Assembly: GCA_004022145.1 (NCBI GenBank)
Contig: RCNU01000006.1
DNA: 64,000 nucleotides
DNA from: Paecilomyces variotii
Lineage: Eukaryota
Strand: one strand, 5' to 3'
Shown here piece by piece: positions 10,905 to 23,026 of this stretch; positions within the stretch are counted from its first letter, which is position 1; the number at the start of each line of letters is the position of its first letter. The position numbers were made by a program, and so were the translations under genes. The notes under the pieces were generated by a model that saw only the letters and a list, made by a program, of their open reading frames with translations, did no database searches and had not been told where the DNA came from.

Positions 10905-11163
10905 TTTTACTTTATTTTATTTATCCTACTTACTTTCTTTGGATTCTTTCTAATTCGTCCCCGTATTCAGAGATGGCGTGGGAAGTCCCCAAACCTACGC
11001 TGACTTCGTTACGTGGATCAGCCATGTATCTAAACCCACCTACTGTACTGTAGCCCTCGACTCAATCACCATTACTATCCACCCTCGTAACCCTCCCTCA
11101 GGACCCCTCCGGTTCCGCTTTCTCGCGCCTCGGCATGGAGGCTGTGTATCGAAGCTTCGATGC

Positions 11164-11272
11164 AGACGGCAATGTGCCAATATCATAGAATGTTGAGTCG
11201 CGAGCCCCGAAGAGATCGCAGAAGTACTGAATCACTTCCCGAAGTCATACAGGGAGAAATCTGAGGAAGCTA
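11164..11272 (+). repeat. Repeat R2 copy 1 (gene fragment with internal stop)
   Basis: Aligns with 13013-13134; reads NIIEC*VASPEEIAEVLNHFPKSYREK. Confidence 0.85.
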
Positions 11273-11494
11273 AAGTAGAGCAGGAAAACGAAATCTAGAA
11301 TCATCAAGGGAGAGAAGGGAGAGAAGGGAGATATTAGAATATAATCTTCTTGACACAATCTATATGCATATAACACTAAAATTCAAGATGCCTACGCTAC
11401 CCAAAGTTTAGAAAGCTTGGTCAACTCTTTTAAGTACAAGAAAACCGCGGTTCAAATAGCTTCTACCTTGATCACCTAATCTAGACGAGTAGTA
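11273..11494 (+). repeat. Repeat R1 copy 2 (RIP-like mutated)
   Basis: Aligns with 8749-8964 with many C>T/G>A changes; weak homology resumes at ~11545-11580 after an insertion. Confidence 0.92.
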
Positions 11495-11804
11495 GTCTTA
11501 TCAATAATTATTTAGAGGTTATCAATAACCTAGGTAGTCAAATTCTCCTGGAGGCACCCTCGTTTGTAATATACATACATACTTGGAAAAATTATACCAG
11601 GGATTCTACGACGGCGCGGCCAAAACCGTAGGAAAGGCACACTAAGCACCGATGACCTAGAAAATAGGACTGGCATCAAGACCACCTGATAATACAAAAT
11701 AAAAAAATCCGTATAGAAACAGATAATTCTATTTCTCTATACACTATACACAAGCAAGCTCAATTCAATCGCCTCTTGTCTGCATATGGTTGACTCCTAT
11801 TTCC

Positions 11805-12288
11805 TTAGACGATTTCGGGGTGATGGCCTGCCTGGTATGCTGCATTATTGAAAGCCGACTGGTCCTTTCGGTGTTTTTCCTGGTAAGCCGGCCCAAAGGC
11901 AGCCATCGCAATTTGGGTCAATTCGGTACCTCTGGCCTCCAGAATCGACTTTTCATTACTCCATTGGGGATACTATGAGTGGAGTAGAAAGGTTAAGACA
12001 TGCTATCTTCACAGACTTGCGATACTCAGTAAAGATTAAACATGGACTTACGTTCTGGACCACCCAAGTTCCAAAGTTATCAGAGGTGAAGCCTTCGTCC
12101 TTGCTGTCCTTGTATTCTTTCCGTGCATCTTTATCCACAGATTCGAACTGTTTGAGGGCATCCTGGTACTTTGTCTTTGCATTCTCAAGACGATCTGAAA
12201 AAGAGTTGTTGGTAATGGTGAGACCATCAAAATTTGTTCGGAATGCGTACTTGGACGCGTCAAATGGAACGTCAATTGCGTTGAGCAT
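11805..12288 (-). CDS. Small uncharacterised protein (~134 aa), 2 exons
   Basis: Exon 1 MLNAIDVPF...GTWVVQN, GTAAGT...TAG intron, exon 2 YPQWSNEKSILEARG...HHPEIV*; frame intact across the intron. Confidence 0.7.
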
Positions 12289-13012
12289 TTTGGCGAGTGA
12301 GGAGGACTCCGAAATGAGTTATTATTTGGGATAGTCAGATAAATGCTCGAGGTGGAAGAGGGGTTAGAGGGGTACTTTATACTACGATACTAACCCGGAT
12401 GTTTTCAGCTCCACATGTTCATGTTGAGTAGATATTGTGTTCAGCTAAGTGGGTATACTTAAGAACAAACAAATAGGGTTCGATGTTTCCCGCAGGAAAT
12501 GACGACGTAGCCTTCGGTGATCCTGGATCTATTAGCGGTGTCGATCACAAAGAGATCGAACTGATTAGCGAAGGTGAAATAATGTATGAGGCATTTTTTA
12601 GTATATGCTAAAGTTACTTAGTTGAAAGTAACCTGTTTATCGCATAAGTCAAGCGCTGAACGGCTTCAGCCAGCCACCAACTCAACTTCACCTATATGCA
12701 TACACGTCATAGATATGGAGAGCGATAGCTGGAAATTCCATAGTCTAATTACAAATTACTCTGTACACTATTATAGTTCTCTTTACATTAGCTTAAGTTG
12801 GTGATTCCGCCAAAAGTTCATGTTAACTTGTATTATAAGGCGCCTTTCCTTTTAGTAGAGCACATAATGCAATAAATATCACTTCACAATATTTGACTAA
12901 GTAAGTATCTCAATCGATTTATTCTTGCCGAATCGAGCCTGTCTCATATGTCATGGTGAGCTCATTATAGCCACTACCGCAGCGATCTATTAAATGCATA
13001 AACATCGAAAAG

Positions 13013-13134
13013 AGACGACAATGTACAGTACCAATATCATAGGATATCGAGCCGCGAGCCCTGAAGAGATCGTTGAAGTACTGGATATCTTCCCGAAATC
13101 ATACAGGGAGAAGTTTGAGTGGAAGTGGAAGCTA
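13013..13134 (+). repeat. Repeat R2 copy 2 (gene fragment)
   Basis: Reads NIIGYRAASPEEIVEVLDIFPKSYREKFE; aligns with 11164-11272. Confidence 0.85.
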
Positions 13135-13586
13135 GAAGAGATTGGTGGGAGGGAAAGGACGAGGAGTTGTTACATCCTCCGAGACATATTATACCCAAGT
13201 TTAAGGATGATGGAGGTAAGGATGGAGAAATTAGGAGCCAGAGGGCAATAGAAACAGCTTTAAATATGGGGTTGTAAAGTAGGTGTCTCATTCTGCATCA
13301 CTTTCACATGTTATTTCAATCGTTCTATGCTATCTTTTCGTGTAGTTGCGGCGTGAATGCAATTTATCTTTGATACTGGTGTCCATAATGCATCTTGAAA
13401 CGTGCCTGGATAAGAAAATGACAAGGCAGAAGGGAAATGGGACACATTCAGTCATGGAAACAGGTAGGTCCTCCTAAATCGAGACGTGGCGGGACATGAT
13501 CCGAACAAGATTCTATCTTCTGGGATTAACATCTCAAGATAGAGAAAGTATTACCAAGACCAGCGGGGAATATAAGAAAACGACCA

Positions 13587-16500
13587 CTACATGACCTGGA
13601 CAACAGTGTCAGCGATTGAGAATGCAGCTGGAAAATGCAGGACTTACAGTGCAATTCTCATCCAAAACAATGGTAGTGCCTTCGCCCACTTCCCCGCCGA
13701 GGGCAGCAATACCACCAAGGGTCTGTCGCTGCCTCAAAGTTGCAGCTAGACGGGAAAGCATACTCCTCTATACAATAGAAGAAGCTGTTAGCATTCTTGT
13801 TATGGTAAAATTCCCCTTTTTAAACATACCGTAACGAATGCCTCCGTCATACCACCCTGTCGGTCAACGTCGTTTCGGCTCATGATCTGATAGCTGTCTT
13901 GCATCCGCTTGCGACTCTTGAGACCAAGACCGGAAACTCCATGTCTTCCAAGAGTGTTTGCGGCATTGTCAGGATCCAAAATATTCTTGCCTGCATGCGC
14001 TTCACCCTGAGCTCGTCTGTCAGGAGAGAAGATCTTGATGGTGTTGTCGATTCCAGAACATGCAACGGTGGGCTCGTAGGGGTGGCCTGAGAAAATCAGT
14101 AAGAATCAAAAATCAAGTTTCAGTCTGGCAGAGCCGTCTTCCTTACCTTCAATCACGTTGACCACCTCACCATCCCCTTCAAGGATATTGACCAAGTTGG
14201 AGGTCTTGCGGTCCCAGATGAATAAATGACCAGAATCGCTTCCACTGACCACATACTCATCATCCAATCCGAAGTAATTCACGTCTTTGACGGTCTTGAC
14301 ATTACAATGTCCCCGATAGACCCTGGTATGCGACGAACAGGGCACATCACGGTGGACGTTTTCTCTTCTCCTGCTGCTTTGGAAACCAGTTTGTCTGAAG
14401 AAGATGTCTTCCTCAGATTCTAACTCGTCCTCATCGTCTTCAGATTCATCATCCTCGTCATCCTGGTCACTCTCGCCGTCCTCAGATTCTTCGCCTTGAT
14501 CATCGTCACTGTTTCCCTCATCATCACCATCAGACTGCAACGCTTGTGGCATCTCGACATCAGAGCTAGAGAATGCAGCCACTTCGTCATCCGGCCCAGA
14601 GTCCGCAGAAGATCCACCGTTTGATGCGGTCATCCGAGAAGTGGACGTATCCTGGGAGTGCGACGAACTTCGACGAGCCGCAGAAGCGCGGCCTCTGATG
14701 AGACGGACTTCCTCAACGGGCTCCTCCTCTTCATCAGGATCAATATCTTCCTGCACTCGTTCCCGCTCATCATCGTCATCCTTATCCTCCTCGACACTAG
14801 TTCTTAGTCCACCAAAAGCGCGATTCACAAGCTCAAAATTCACGCCGTCACCTGCTTGCATAAGAATACTCCTGCCAACTTTCAAACCCCAGAATCTCAT
14901 TGCTGCGCGGCGATCCATTGCACGGACATTTGATGGGCATGGTCTTTCTTCGCCATCTTCCACTCTCACGCTCGCTCCGTCAAGATCCTCCAGGGGTATC
15001 TTTATGGCGTTGGCAAAGGATTTCACTGCTGAAGATTGAGTGTCAAAGACAATGCGAGATTCATCACGCTCGAACCTCGACGCATCCACATTGACCACAG
15101 GCGCTGATCCTGCCAGTTCTTCGAGATAAGGGATTAGAATCTCTTCAATCGCTTCATCGCCCGCCGACTGCGGAACAGGAAACCGTGCTCTGTCACGCCT
15201 GCGCGCAGGATCATACTTGAAACCATTAAGGAGAGCCTGCCGGTCGCCTTCCAGCCAAAGCAAAATCGCTTTCAAAAAGTCATATCCAAACTGGGACTCT
15301 GAATCTATGATGCCGTGTTCTGTCGGAGCGGGTTCAATCTGCCTGAACATCTCTAGTTGGGGGCTTTCCCCGCCTGATGCTGTCTGCAGCCGCCCTCCTA
15401 AGACACGGGCCAGTGTACCTGCCGCTTGTACAAACCGTCTTGTAGATTCCCTGTTGCGACGGAGAGTTTGCTGGAAGATAACTTCGTCGGGCGTCGGATT
15501 GACCGGATACCTCCAAGTTCTAATGGTCTCATCCATTTCCGGCAAATAAGAGGCCGCATAGCCTAGGGCTGAAGTGAAAGATGCGGTGTACGGGGTGATA
15601 TCTGCAGAATCCTGTTGAGATTCCGCGGCTTCCCTCACAGAAGCCTCGAGTGAAAACAAAGTCTTCCGGAGCTTCACCAGGGCCTTTGCAATACGGTAGC
15701 TTAGGCGCTGGGCCTCGTTGAGAACAGAATACCGTGCCCTCTCCATGACGTCTTCTGGCGTATCGGAGCTTCGACGAGAAAGCGAGGGGATAGGGATATC
15801 CTCCGACTCCCCATTGCCGTAGCGTACCCGGAATGACATACTATCACCTTCGTCGGATTCGGAACGCATGCGGGAATGATGCCTGTTACCGCTGTCAAGA
15901 GAGGTCATCGAGGTCTTCTTCCGCTTGCGCTTCCTGTCCTTCGAGTGTCTCCTCCTCCCAGAATGGTTGCCATTCCGCAACGTCTCCTCCCTCTCCTGCG
16001 CTTCTCGCGCGTCGGGGCTTTGAATCAGATCAAAGCTGTAGATATGATCTCCAGACCAGCTGACCACCATCTCGTTCGGATTGGCATCACTGATCTTACA
16101 CGCCGTGATATGCCCATTGTCATTGCGCCGCATCTTTCTCCTTCCATTCGGAGCAAATCGCCGGACACACCTGGTCGCCTGTCCCATCGTCTCATCCTCC
16201 GGAGTGCCCGGTGCTGGTGACGGACTACCAGGGTCGCCTTTCTCCGCGAGGAGATCTCGACCCAGCATCCGCCTGTCGTGAAGAAAACAGTGGAGGTGAG
16301 CGCCTCCCAACGCGATATAATGTGGCTGACTGCTGGAACAGGAAATGGTGTTCAGGTCCAGTTGATACCGTTTATAAGATATCAAGGGAGGAGGCACGTT
16401 GGAGTCGTCATGCTGGAGTCCAGGTCTGTAGGCCATGAAGCCCTGACCACCCCGCGGCGAAGGGTATGCTGACGACGGCTGCCGTAGATCCCACTGACGA

Positions 16501-17265
16501 ACCTCGCCATCCTCCGAACAGGTCATAAAGAGATACGGAGACGACTCGGTGACGACCCGCTTCACCCTATCGGCGTGGGACCGGTAGACCCGTGCGTTTG
16601 TATTACCCGCAGTCAGGTAGCGTGCTCCAGCGAAGAAGTTATTGAAACGGCGACTTCTCGCAGAGGCCTCGAATGCCGAGGAAGCAGCTCCGTTGCCATT
16701 TCCTGAGGAATATTCAATGTCAAACACACGAACCTGCGCGTCGCCAGCACACGTGACCAACGTCTGGTCATTCGAATGCGGCATGAATTTCACGGAGAAA
16801 ATGTTGGCGGAGTGACCAGTAGCCACAGTCGTATTCAGCGCAAATGGAGCGGTCGACGAGTCGGGCTGGTAAGAGTAGATGTTGAGATGCTGGTCATCGG
16901 ATCCCGATGCCAGCAACCGCCCTGAGCGAGACCAGCTGGTTGAGTGTCAGAGCCCAAGTTCATTCTAGCCATCGCAGTGGAAGACAGTAGAAGATCGACG
17001 AGTGGAAAAAGCAAGAAAAGGAAGAAACGAAGAAAAACCGGATTTGCAACGATTTGATAGTAGAAGGAGGCCGTGGAACAACACCAGGCCACTGCGGAGG
17101 ACCTTACCTGAGGGCATTTACGCAGCCTGTGTGACCACCCAGTTCGTTCACGATATCTAAGTCGTCGATCCACTCTCTGGCTCCATAGATACCCGGTATA
17201 CCTGCATAGTGGGACGTCTCCCCGGTTTCCCGCCGGAGCAGGCGATCATATAATGAGGGCTTCAT
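13587..17265 (-). CDS. DCAF6/DCAF8 (Iqw1-like) WD40 substrate receptor of CUL4-DDB1
   Basis: 5 exons; ELGGHTGCVNALSW, LASGSDD, GHSANIFSVKF, YRGHCNVKTVKDVNYFG, VSGSDSGHLFIWD, GHPYEPTVACSGID. Confidence 0.88.
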
Positions 17266-18519
17266 GATCACCAGTGCTGGTCGATTTCACTACCGACCAG
17301 TGTTCTCCCACTCCTCGAATCGGACCACAACCGTTTTCCACCTCCGGCGCGCCACTCGTTGCAACGATAGCTCCGAAGCCGGGCTTCGCTCAACGATACC
17401 GCAAGAAACCCCGCCTCGCGGTCTGTCAAGATCAGAGGCAAACAGTCCTTCTCCAGGATACAGTCGTGCTCCCGAATCAAGGGTCGAAGGATCACAACGA
17501 AACAGGGACGCTGCAACAGACTGGAAAGTCGGATCCTTTGGGGGGAAGCACGACGGGGGAAGATGCTTAGACTTAGACCAGCGTCAGCGGCTGTCCGTTA
17601 TCGATAAGTAGTGACGGAGCTAAAGACAACGCTCTCTCCCCCACAGCAAAGAAAACAAAGGGAGCTACAGGGATATACGAACCAAAGAAAAAAAAAGGGA
17701 GCCTCCAATCCAGGTCCATCCGATCGAGAAACAGGAAAGAAAAGAAACGAAAGAAAAGACACACGCGATGGCGGTTTCTCAGGTTAGTTAGTTGATTCCG
17801 CTCTAAGTTGAGGGAAAGCCGGAGATGGACTGGGCAACTCAGGCAACAAGGCAGCCACACCAAAGAGGCGGCAAGCGGCAACTCGTCAACTAACCGGGCG
17901 AACCAGAAGCTGAGAACGGCCGAGCTTCGATCGTGCCAGAATCCCATGGATGTATCTTGGCTTCGTTTAGATACATGTTCATGTTCACATCTTTCTTGAG
18001 GACATATATATAACTATCCACGTATCGTCCAGTGGCCAGTTAACATTACCAGCTATGTCTGGAGATTTTGTTTAGACCTCAAGTCATCATCATAGACTCT
18101 AGTCTCAGGTATATGACAGTTTGTTTGTTCTTAAGAGATGCAAAAGTTATATACAGGATACCGTAGAATGCTTCTTTGCTTCGGTATGCCGGTCCAGTCC
18201 ACATTGACTTGCCATAGAACCAACCTCTTACGCCAGACAACAATGCAGGAAGAAGTAAAAAACAAAATCAAAGAGAAGCCTTCCTAAGCCTCATTACAAT
18301 AACTATATGCCAGTTCAACTCTCATTCAAATCAGAAAATATATCCATTCCATTTCACATCCAACAGAAGTGCAGAGCCAATATATCCTGCCCGGTTCGGA
18401 AATAACCAACATTCGCTGGTCCATTAATACTTGATATGCTTTTTTTGAAAGTCATCTGAAACAAACGGCTGGCTTGATACATACCCCATCTCAAGGAGCC
18501 AGTGATGGTGCGTCCATCG

Positions 18520-20614
18520 TTATCGTTCACTGTCTATCATACCAGACCTGGTGGAATGCTCCTCCTTCTCTGCACCTGTCCCAGGACGTTGCAGTCCAAG
18601 AACCGCCTGGGCCCGGGATCGGATGCGATCAGACAGATTCATTGCCTGCTGCAGCGCACCGCTGAAGTGCTCTGCCTCATCATCCAACCCTTTCAACGCA
18701 CCCTCCATTTCTTGACAGCGTCTACGAAGTCGTAGCACTTCCTTCCGCAAAATGTCCAGTGACGTGGTTGCGAGGATATCATCTGCATCCGTGTGGTAGG
18801 AAGGTGATATCGGCACTCGATGTATCTCCAACGTCTCCGTCGACAAATCATGTTCGGTTGCAGAGTGGCGCACGTCAGTAAGCACGTGTTTGAGGGCTCC
18901 GAGCTCCTCAATCCTTTGCAGGAGTTCTTTCTTCTGCCGCTCCCATTCCTCCCTTTCGAGCTTGAACCGCCGAAGATCGGCTGCGCTCTGGGACTGCAAC
19001 CGTGATGACATAGCTAGGATCTGCATGTATTGAGCTCCGCTTGTCGCAGACTGTTGATGTGCTTCCTCCTTTGTTTTCGCTAGATCTTCCACCTGGGTCT
19101 CGAGCTCTTCAGCCCGCTTCTGGAGTTTCATCTTCTCTTCGGTCAAGGCCTTGATCTCGCTGTCAGATACCTTGGTCTTCTTGTCCAGCGCTATGCATCG
19201 CGTCTGCTGACGGGAGTATGCCGCCAGGAGGTTGTCATGCTCCCGCTGTAAGGTCTGGATAGCTAACGTCTTCGTGCTTACTTGGTGCTGCAGATCCTGT
19301 AGATGTGACGTATGAGCAGATACACTCCAGCCAGGCGAGGGGCCAAGGGGGTGTATCTGAGCACTCGTGGGCGGCAGGTTGACAGATGACGGTGACGGGA
19401 GCATTCGAGACATTCCAGTCTGCGACGGTGATTGCAGACGAGCTAACGGTGCAGGAGACGACAGCAGCCCATGGGGAGAGCGCAACCCAGGTTGAGAATA
19501 TGCATCCGAAAATGGAGTGTTAGCACCTTCTCGAGACATTGCAAAGCTTTGCTCATTTGATCTTGTATCGTGGCGTGTCGGCACGCTGTGACGTCGATGA
19601 ACATCGCTCTTGTCAAGATCTTGATTCACCAGACGTTTCTTTGGATTTTCAGAAGAGGTGGTCTCGAGCATCGACGATACTTGTGGCTGGACGGACGACG
19701 CGGGTGGGTTACCCGACGGGAGCACTGGCTGGGATCGACTGACAGTCAACCCACCTACAAAGGTAGTACACCGTTCGATAACAGTTGCTGCCCATTTCAA
19801 TTGCTTTTCCACATCAGGCTGTCCCGAGCCGCCTGACGGTCCCTGAGAGTCGTAGGTCTAGAATATATGATTAGTCGGGTGTCAAATCCGCACAGTAGAT
19901 CGTTCAGTTTTTCACCTGTCGTGCAAAATGGCCGTGTCTTAGTGGAGAAGCTCGCTGGAGTTCATTTTCTAGGGAATCGACTTCTGATAAAACCTTCTGA
20001 AGCAAAGGCTTCACCAGAGCGCATTCCAGACACTGGTGGCTCGTATCGTGGCGGCTCTCTATAATTTTCCGCATCGAGAACATACTCTGAGATCTGTTAG
20101 TTCCATCTCCCAGTGCATTCGGTCGAGAACTATCACACCGCATGGTGCCTTCACGGGATAATATCGTCTTCAAAGGGGGAAGAGGATCATCATATTAGTC
20201 GGATGAGAACGCGGTAACATAGGGATGAGGGTGTTTTGGGAGGTATACCTTGTTCATGGGATCCATGCCCTGAGCGCTGGCCTCAAGTTCATAATCATAA
20301 GATAGCCGCGGCCGCTTTGGACTAGGTCCAACAGGGGAGGGGAAATCTCCCTCACGTTGCTGGAGATGCTCTAGTTCCGCCGCAGAGTGTGGCCTGCGAC
20401 GAGCTGAGGCAAATGCCCCGCGATCAATGTCAAAAATTCCCGGTAATGATGGTAGCATCTTCCCCTGCGGGGACTGATCCGCAGAGGTGCATGCCAAAAG
20501 TAGTGCAGAGAGATCCGACTTCATAGTCGCGTCAGGTGGCCGGCTCGTCAACGGGCCGGCTGTAGTAGTGAGATTCTCGTCCCATCCTGGCCTTAATCGT
20601 GGACCAGTGTCCAT
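18520..20614 (-). CDS. Uncharacterised protein with C-terminal coiled coil, about 3 exons
   Basis: ORFs 20195-20614, 19904-20173 and 18520-19812 joined by GT-AG introns; heptad-rich HLQDLQHQVSTKTLAIQTLQREHDNLLAAYSRQ. Confidence 0.7.
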
Positions 20615-23026
20615 CGCGGTGACGGACCTCCAACTGTGACTGAGCCGCTTCCAACCTTTAATACCTCCATGCGTCGATTAAGAAAACACTGCTTAGTCGT
20701 TCTGAAATTGAAAGACGTCGAACTCAGTTGTAAATAAGAAAAAAGTGCCAGTTGAGAGAACGTTGCTATGACTCTGATGGGGTTATCAACAACTCAAAGA
20801 CATAACCAGTACCCACAAAGCGTACAATGAGCCACAGGATCGTATCTTGACAGAGTCACCCCTCAAGGATCGTGGCGAATCATCAAATCTGTAGTTTCTT
20901 GTGCCTGTCCACTCTCAACGTATGATCCGGGTGCTACCGGGGGGTCGCGGCACAGATAAGATGCCCCAGATCGAAGTTCAGCCAGAGAAACGATGACTGC
21001 AGATCAACTTCTAAGCAATGTGAACGAATCTTAGGCATGAAAAGCAGCATGGAAAGACCCGGGAAGGAAGTGATCGAAAATCCTGGAGATGGTGCAACAA
21101 GATGGACGACGATAGAAACGCTGTATAACGGATAAATGGGGCTCCGTCGGATTAACCGGAGAACAGCCTGACTGGCTCTCCTGCACAGAAGAAGCAGTAT
21201 GTTTCTGCTTCCTCGATAAGAAGGGGAATAATAATATTATAAGAATTGATGAGAATCTGAAACGTCCAGTCCAATTGTTGCGGATTCAATTTTGCCTCGC
21301 GTACGATGGTCGAGACTCTACACTCGACCAGTACGGAGAACGAGATTGGACTTGCTTCTGGTGCTTTTCGCAAGACAGCACCAGCCTTCCCTAGTCTTGG
21401 CTCAGTTCCCAGCTGAAACTTGGAAGACGGTAACTGCTGATGCAAAGCCCTAGAGGAAGGCAGCAGTGTGCAAGCAGCTGTCAAGTGGTGGTTCAATGAT
21501 AGCGCGAGATGAGTGCAGTCTAGGCTGGGTACGTGGGAGAGCAACCATGTGTGCTAGCTACCGAACCCGTCCGACTCTTACTTGATGTTGACAGCTGTGG
21601 CTGGGCGCAGCCCACGTAACAATAATGCGACCTCGTAAGACTATGAATGTCATTGAAGGGAAATAGGGAAATAATCGAATGATCTGGGCGGCAGTAGTGG
21701 CCATCTCCGAAAGCCGCGCCAAGCATCGCGATGATGACAAAGCAGTTCAAGTGAGTTAACTTAACTAGGTAGGTAGTTATCTTGCTACTCGTGGGCTGAG
21801 ATTGTTTATTCGGACGCTCAGGCGTTGGTTGTTCCTACCCGAGGGCTGTCTCTCAAGTATGCTAATTACTTATGATGTGGTATACCATGTATCTATCCTA
21901 CGACCGTTGACTCTGCTCTCGTAGTGTAGACTTTGTTTGCAAGAGGAATCTTATCATGAGTAGAAGCAAGATGATACTCGTTGCTCAAAGTTCGGATCCG
22001 CCGGAATCAGCTGATCTCCTATATCCAGAATAATCGGACTGGGAACGCCTGAACCACCAGAAAGTGACCCCAAGCTCGACGTAACAATACTCTTTAAACC
22101 AAGGAAGCTCCTCTTCTGAGTGTTCACCCGAGTGAGACCAAGGTCAGAAGTTAGACTCCTGACCGATGCTGAATAAGCGAGTTACCTGGAGATGGATGCG
22201 GGTGGTATAGGCGCATTAAGATCTAGCAGCGTCGAAGACCGAACTCCTCGCTGGTCTGCTAGATTTCTTTTCTCCGATTAGATCAAACCTTCACAACTGT
22301 TCCCCGCAGAGCAATTGCCAGGCGGACGTAATAATGGTTACATGCCCAGCGGCCTTTTAGGTCACCTAATGCACGGACGCTTTGGACTAGTGATGCAAGA
22401 TCGGAATCGCCAAGCAAACGCTCTTAGGCCCCAGAGTCGTCTCTTTGGATGAGGAAAGAGATGCGGCTATGAACACGAGATTTGAAGTGCACTTGACAGG
22501 GCCGATAATTACTATCCGATATTATTAGATGTTAGTGATTGGATGTCCCTGCTTTCCCCTACCGCCGAAGGTCGCGGTTGCAGTTAGAACGGGACGACCG
22601 ACAACGGAACCACAAGCATCGGTGCTGCAAGACCTGTGGGCCAGTCTGTTTGAACCAGACTGCGATCTCGTAGTGGTTCAATTGGCCGTTCTGCGTTCTT
22701 TTGGTCTGCAGACGAGTCTTGACGAGGACGCTAAAAGGCGCACAAAGAGCCTATTGGAGGCTATGGGCACCTCGATGGGAGAAACAGCGGAGATTGCTGA
22801 GCATGAGACCGTAACTCGATGCTGGCAGATCAAGCACCTGGCCTGTCAAAACCCCGGTGCAAGAAACCAAGATTATTGTCCCGGGTGTCGGACTCGAGAT
22901 AATCGGGGCGAGGAACAACATTGGTCGTCTCTTTTGCGGAATCCGCCGACAACGTCACGGCAGGGTAATAAGACGGTATCGTCCGTATATGTCGACTCTT
23001 TCGATAGTGACTAACAGATCCGGGTG

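Noticed and set aside
5400-13400. Autonomous Starship or other transposon
   Set aside because: No DUF3435/tyrosine recombinase, DDE transposase or reverse transcriptase ORF, and no terminal inverted repeats or LTRs recognised.
22529-23014. 161-aa plus-strand ORF
   Set aside because: No recognisable motif; lies antisense in the likely 3' UTR of the 23027 gene.
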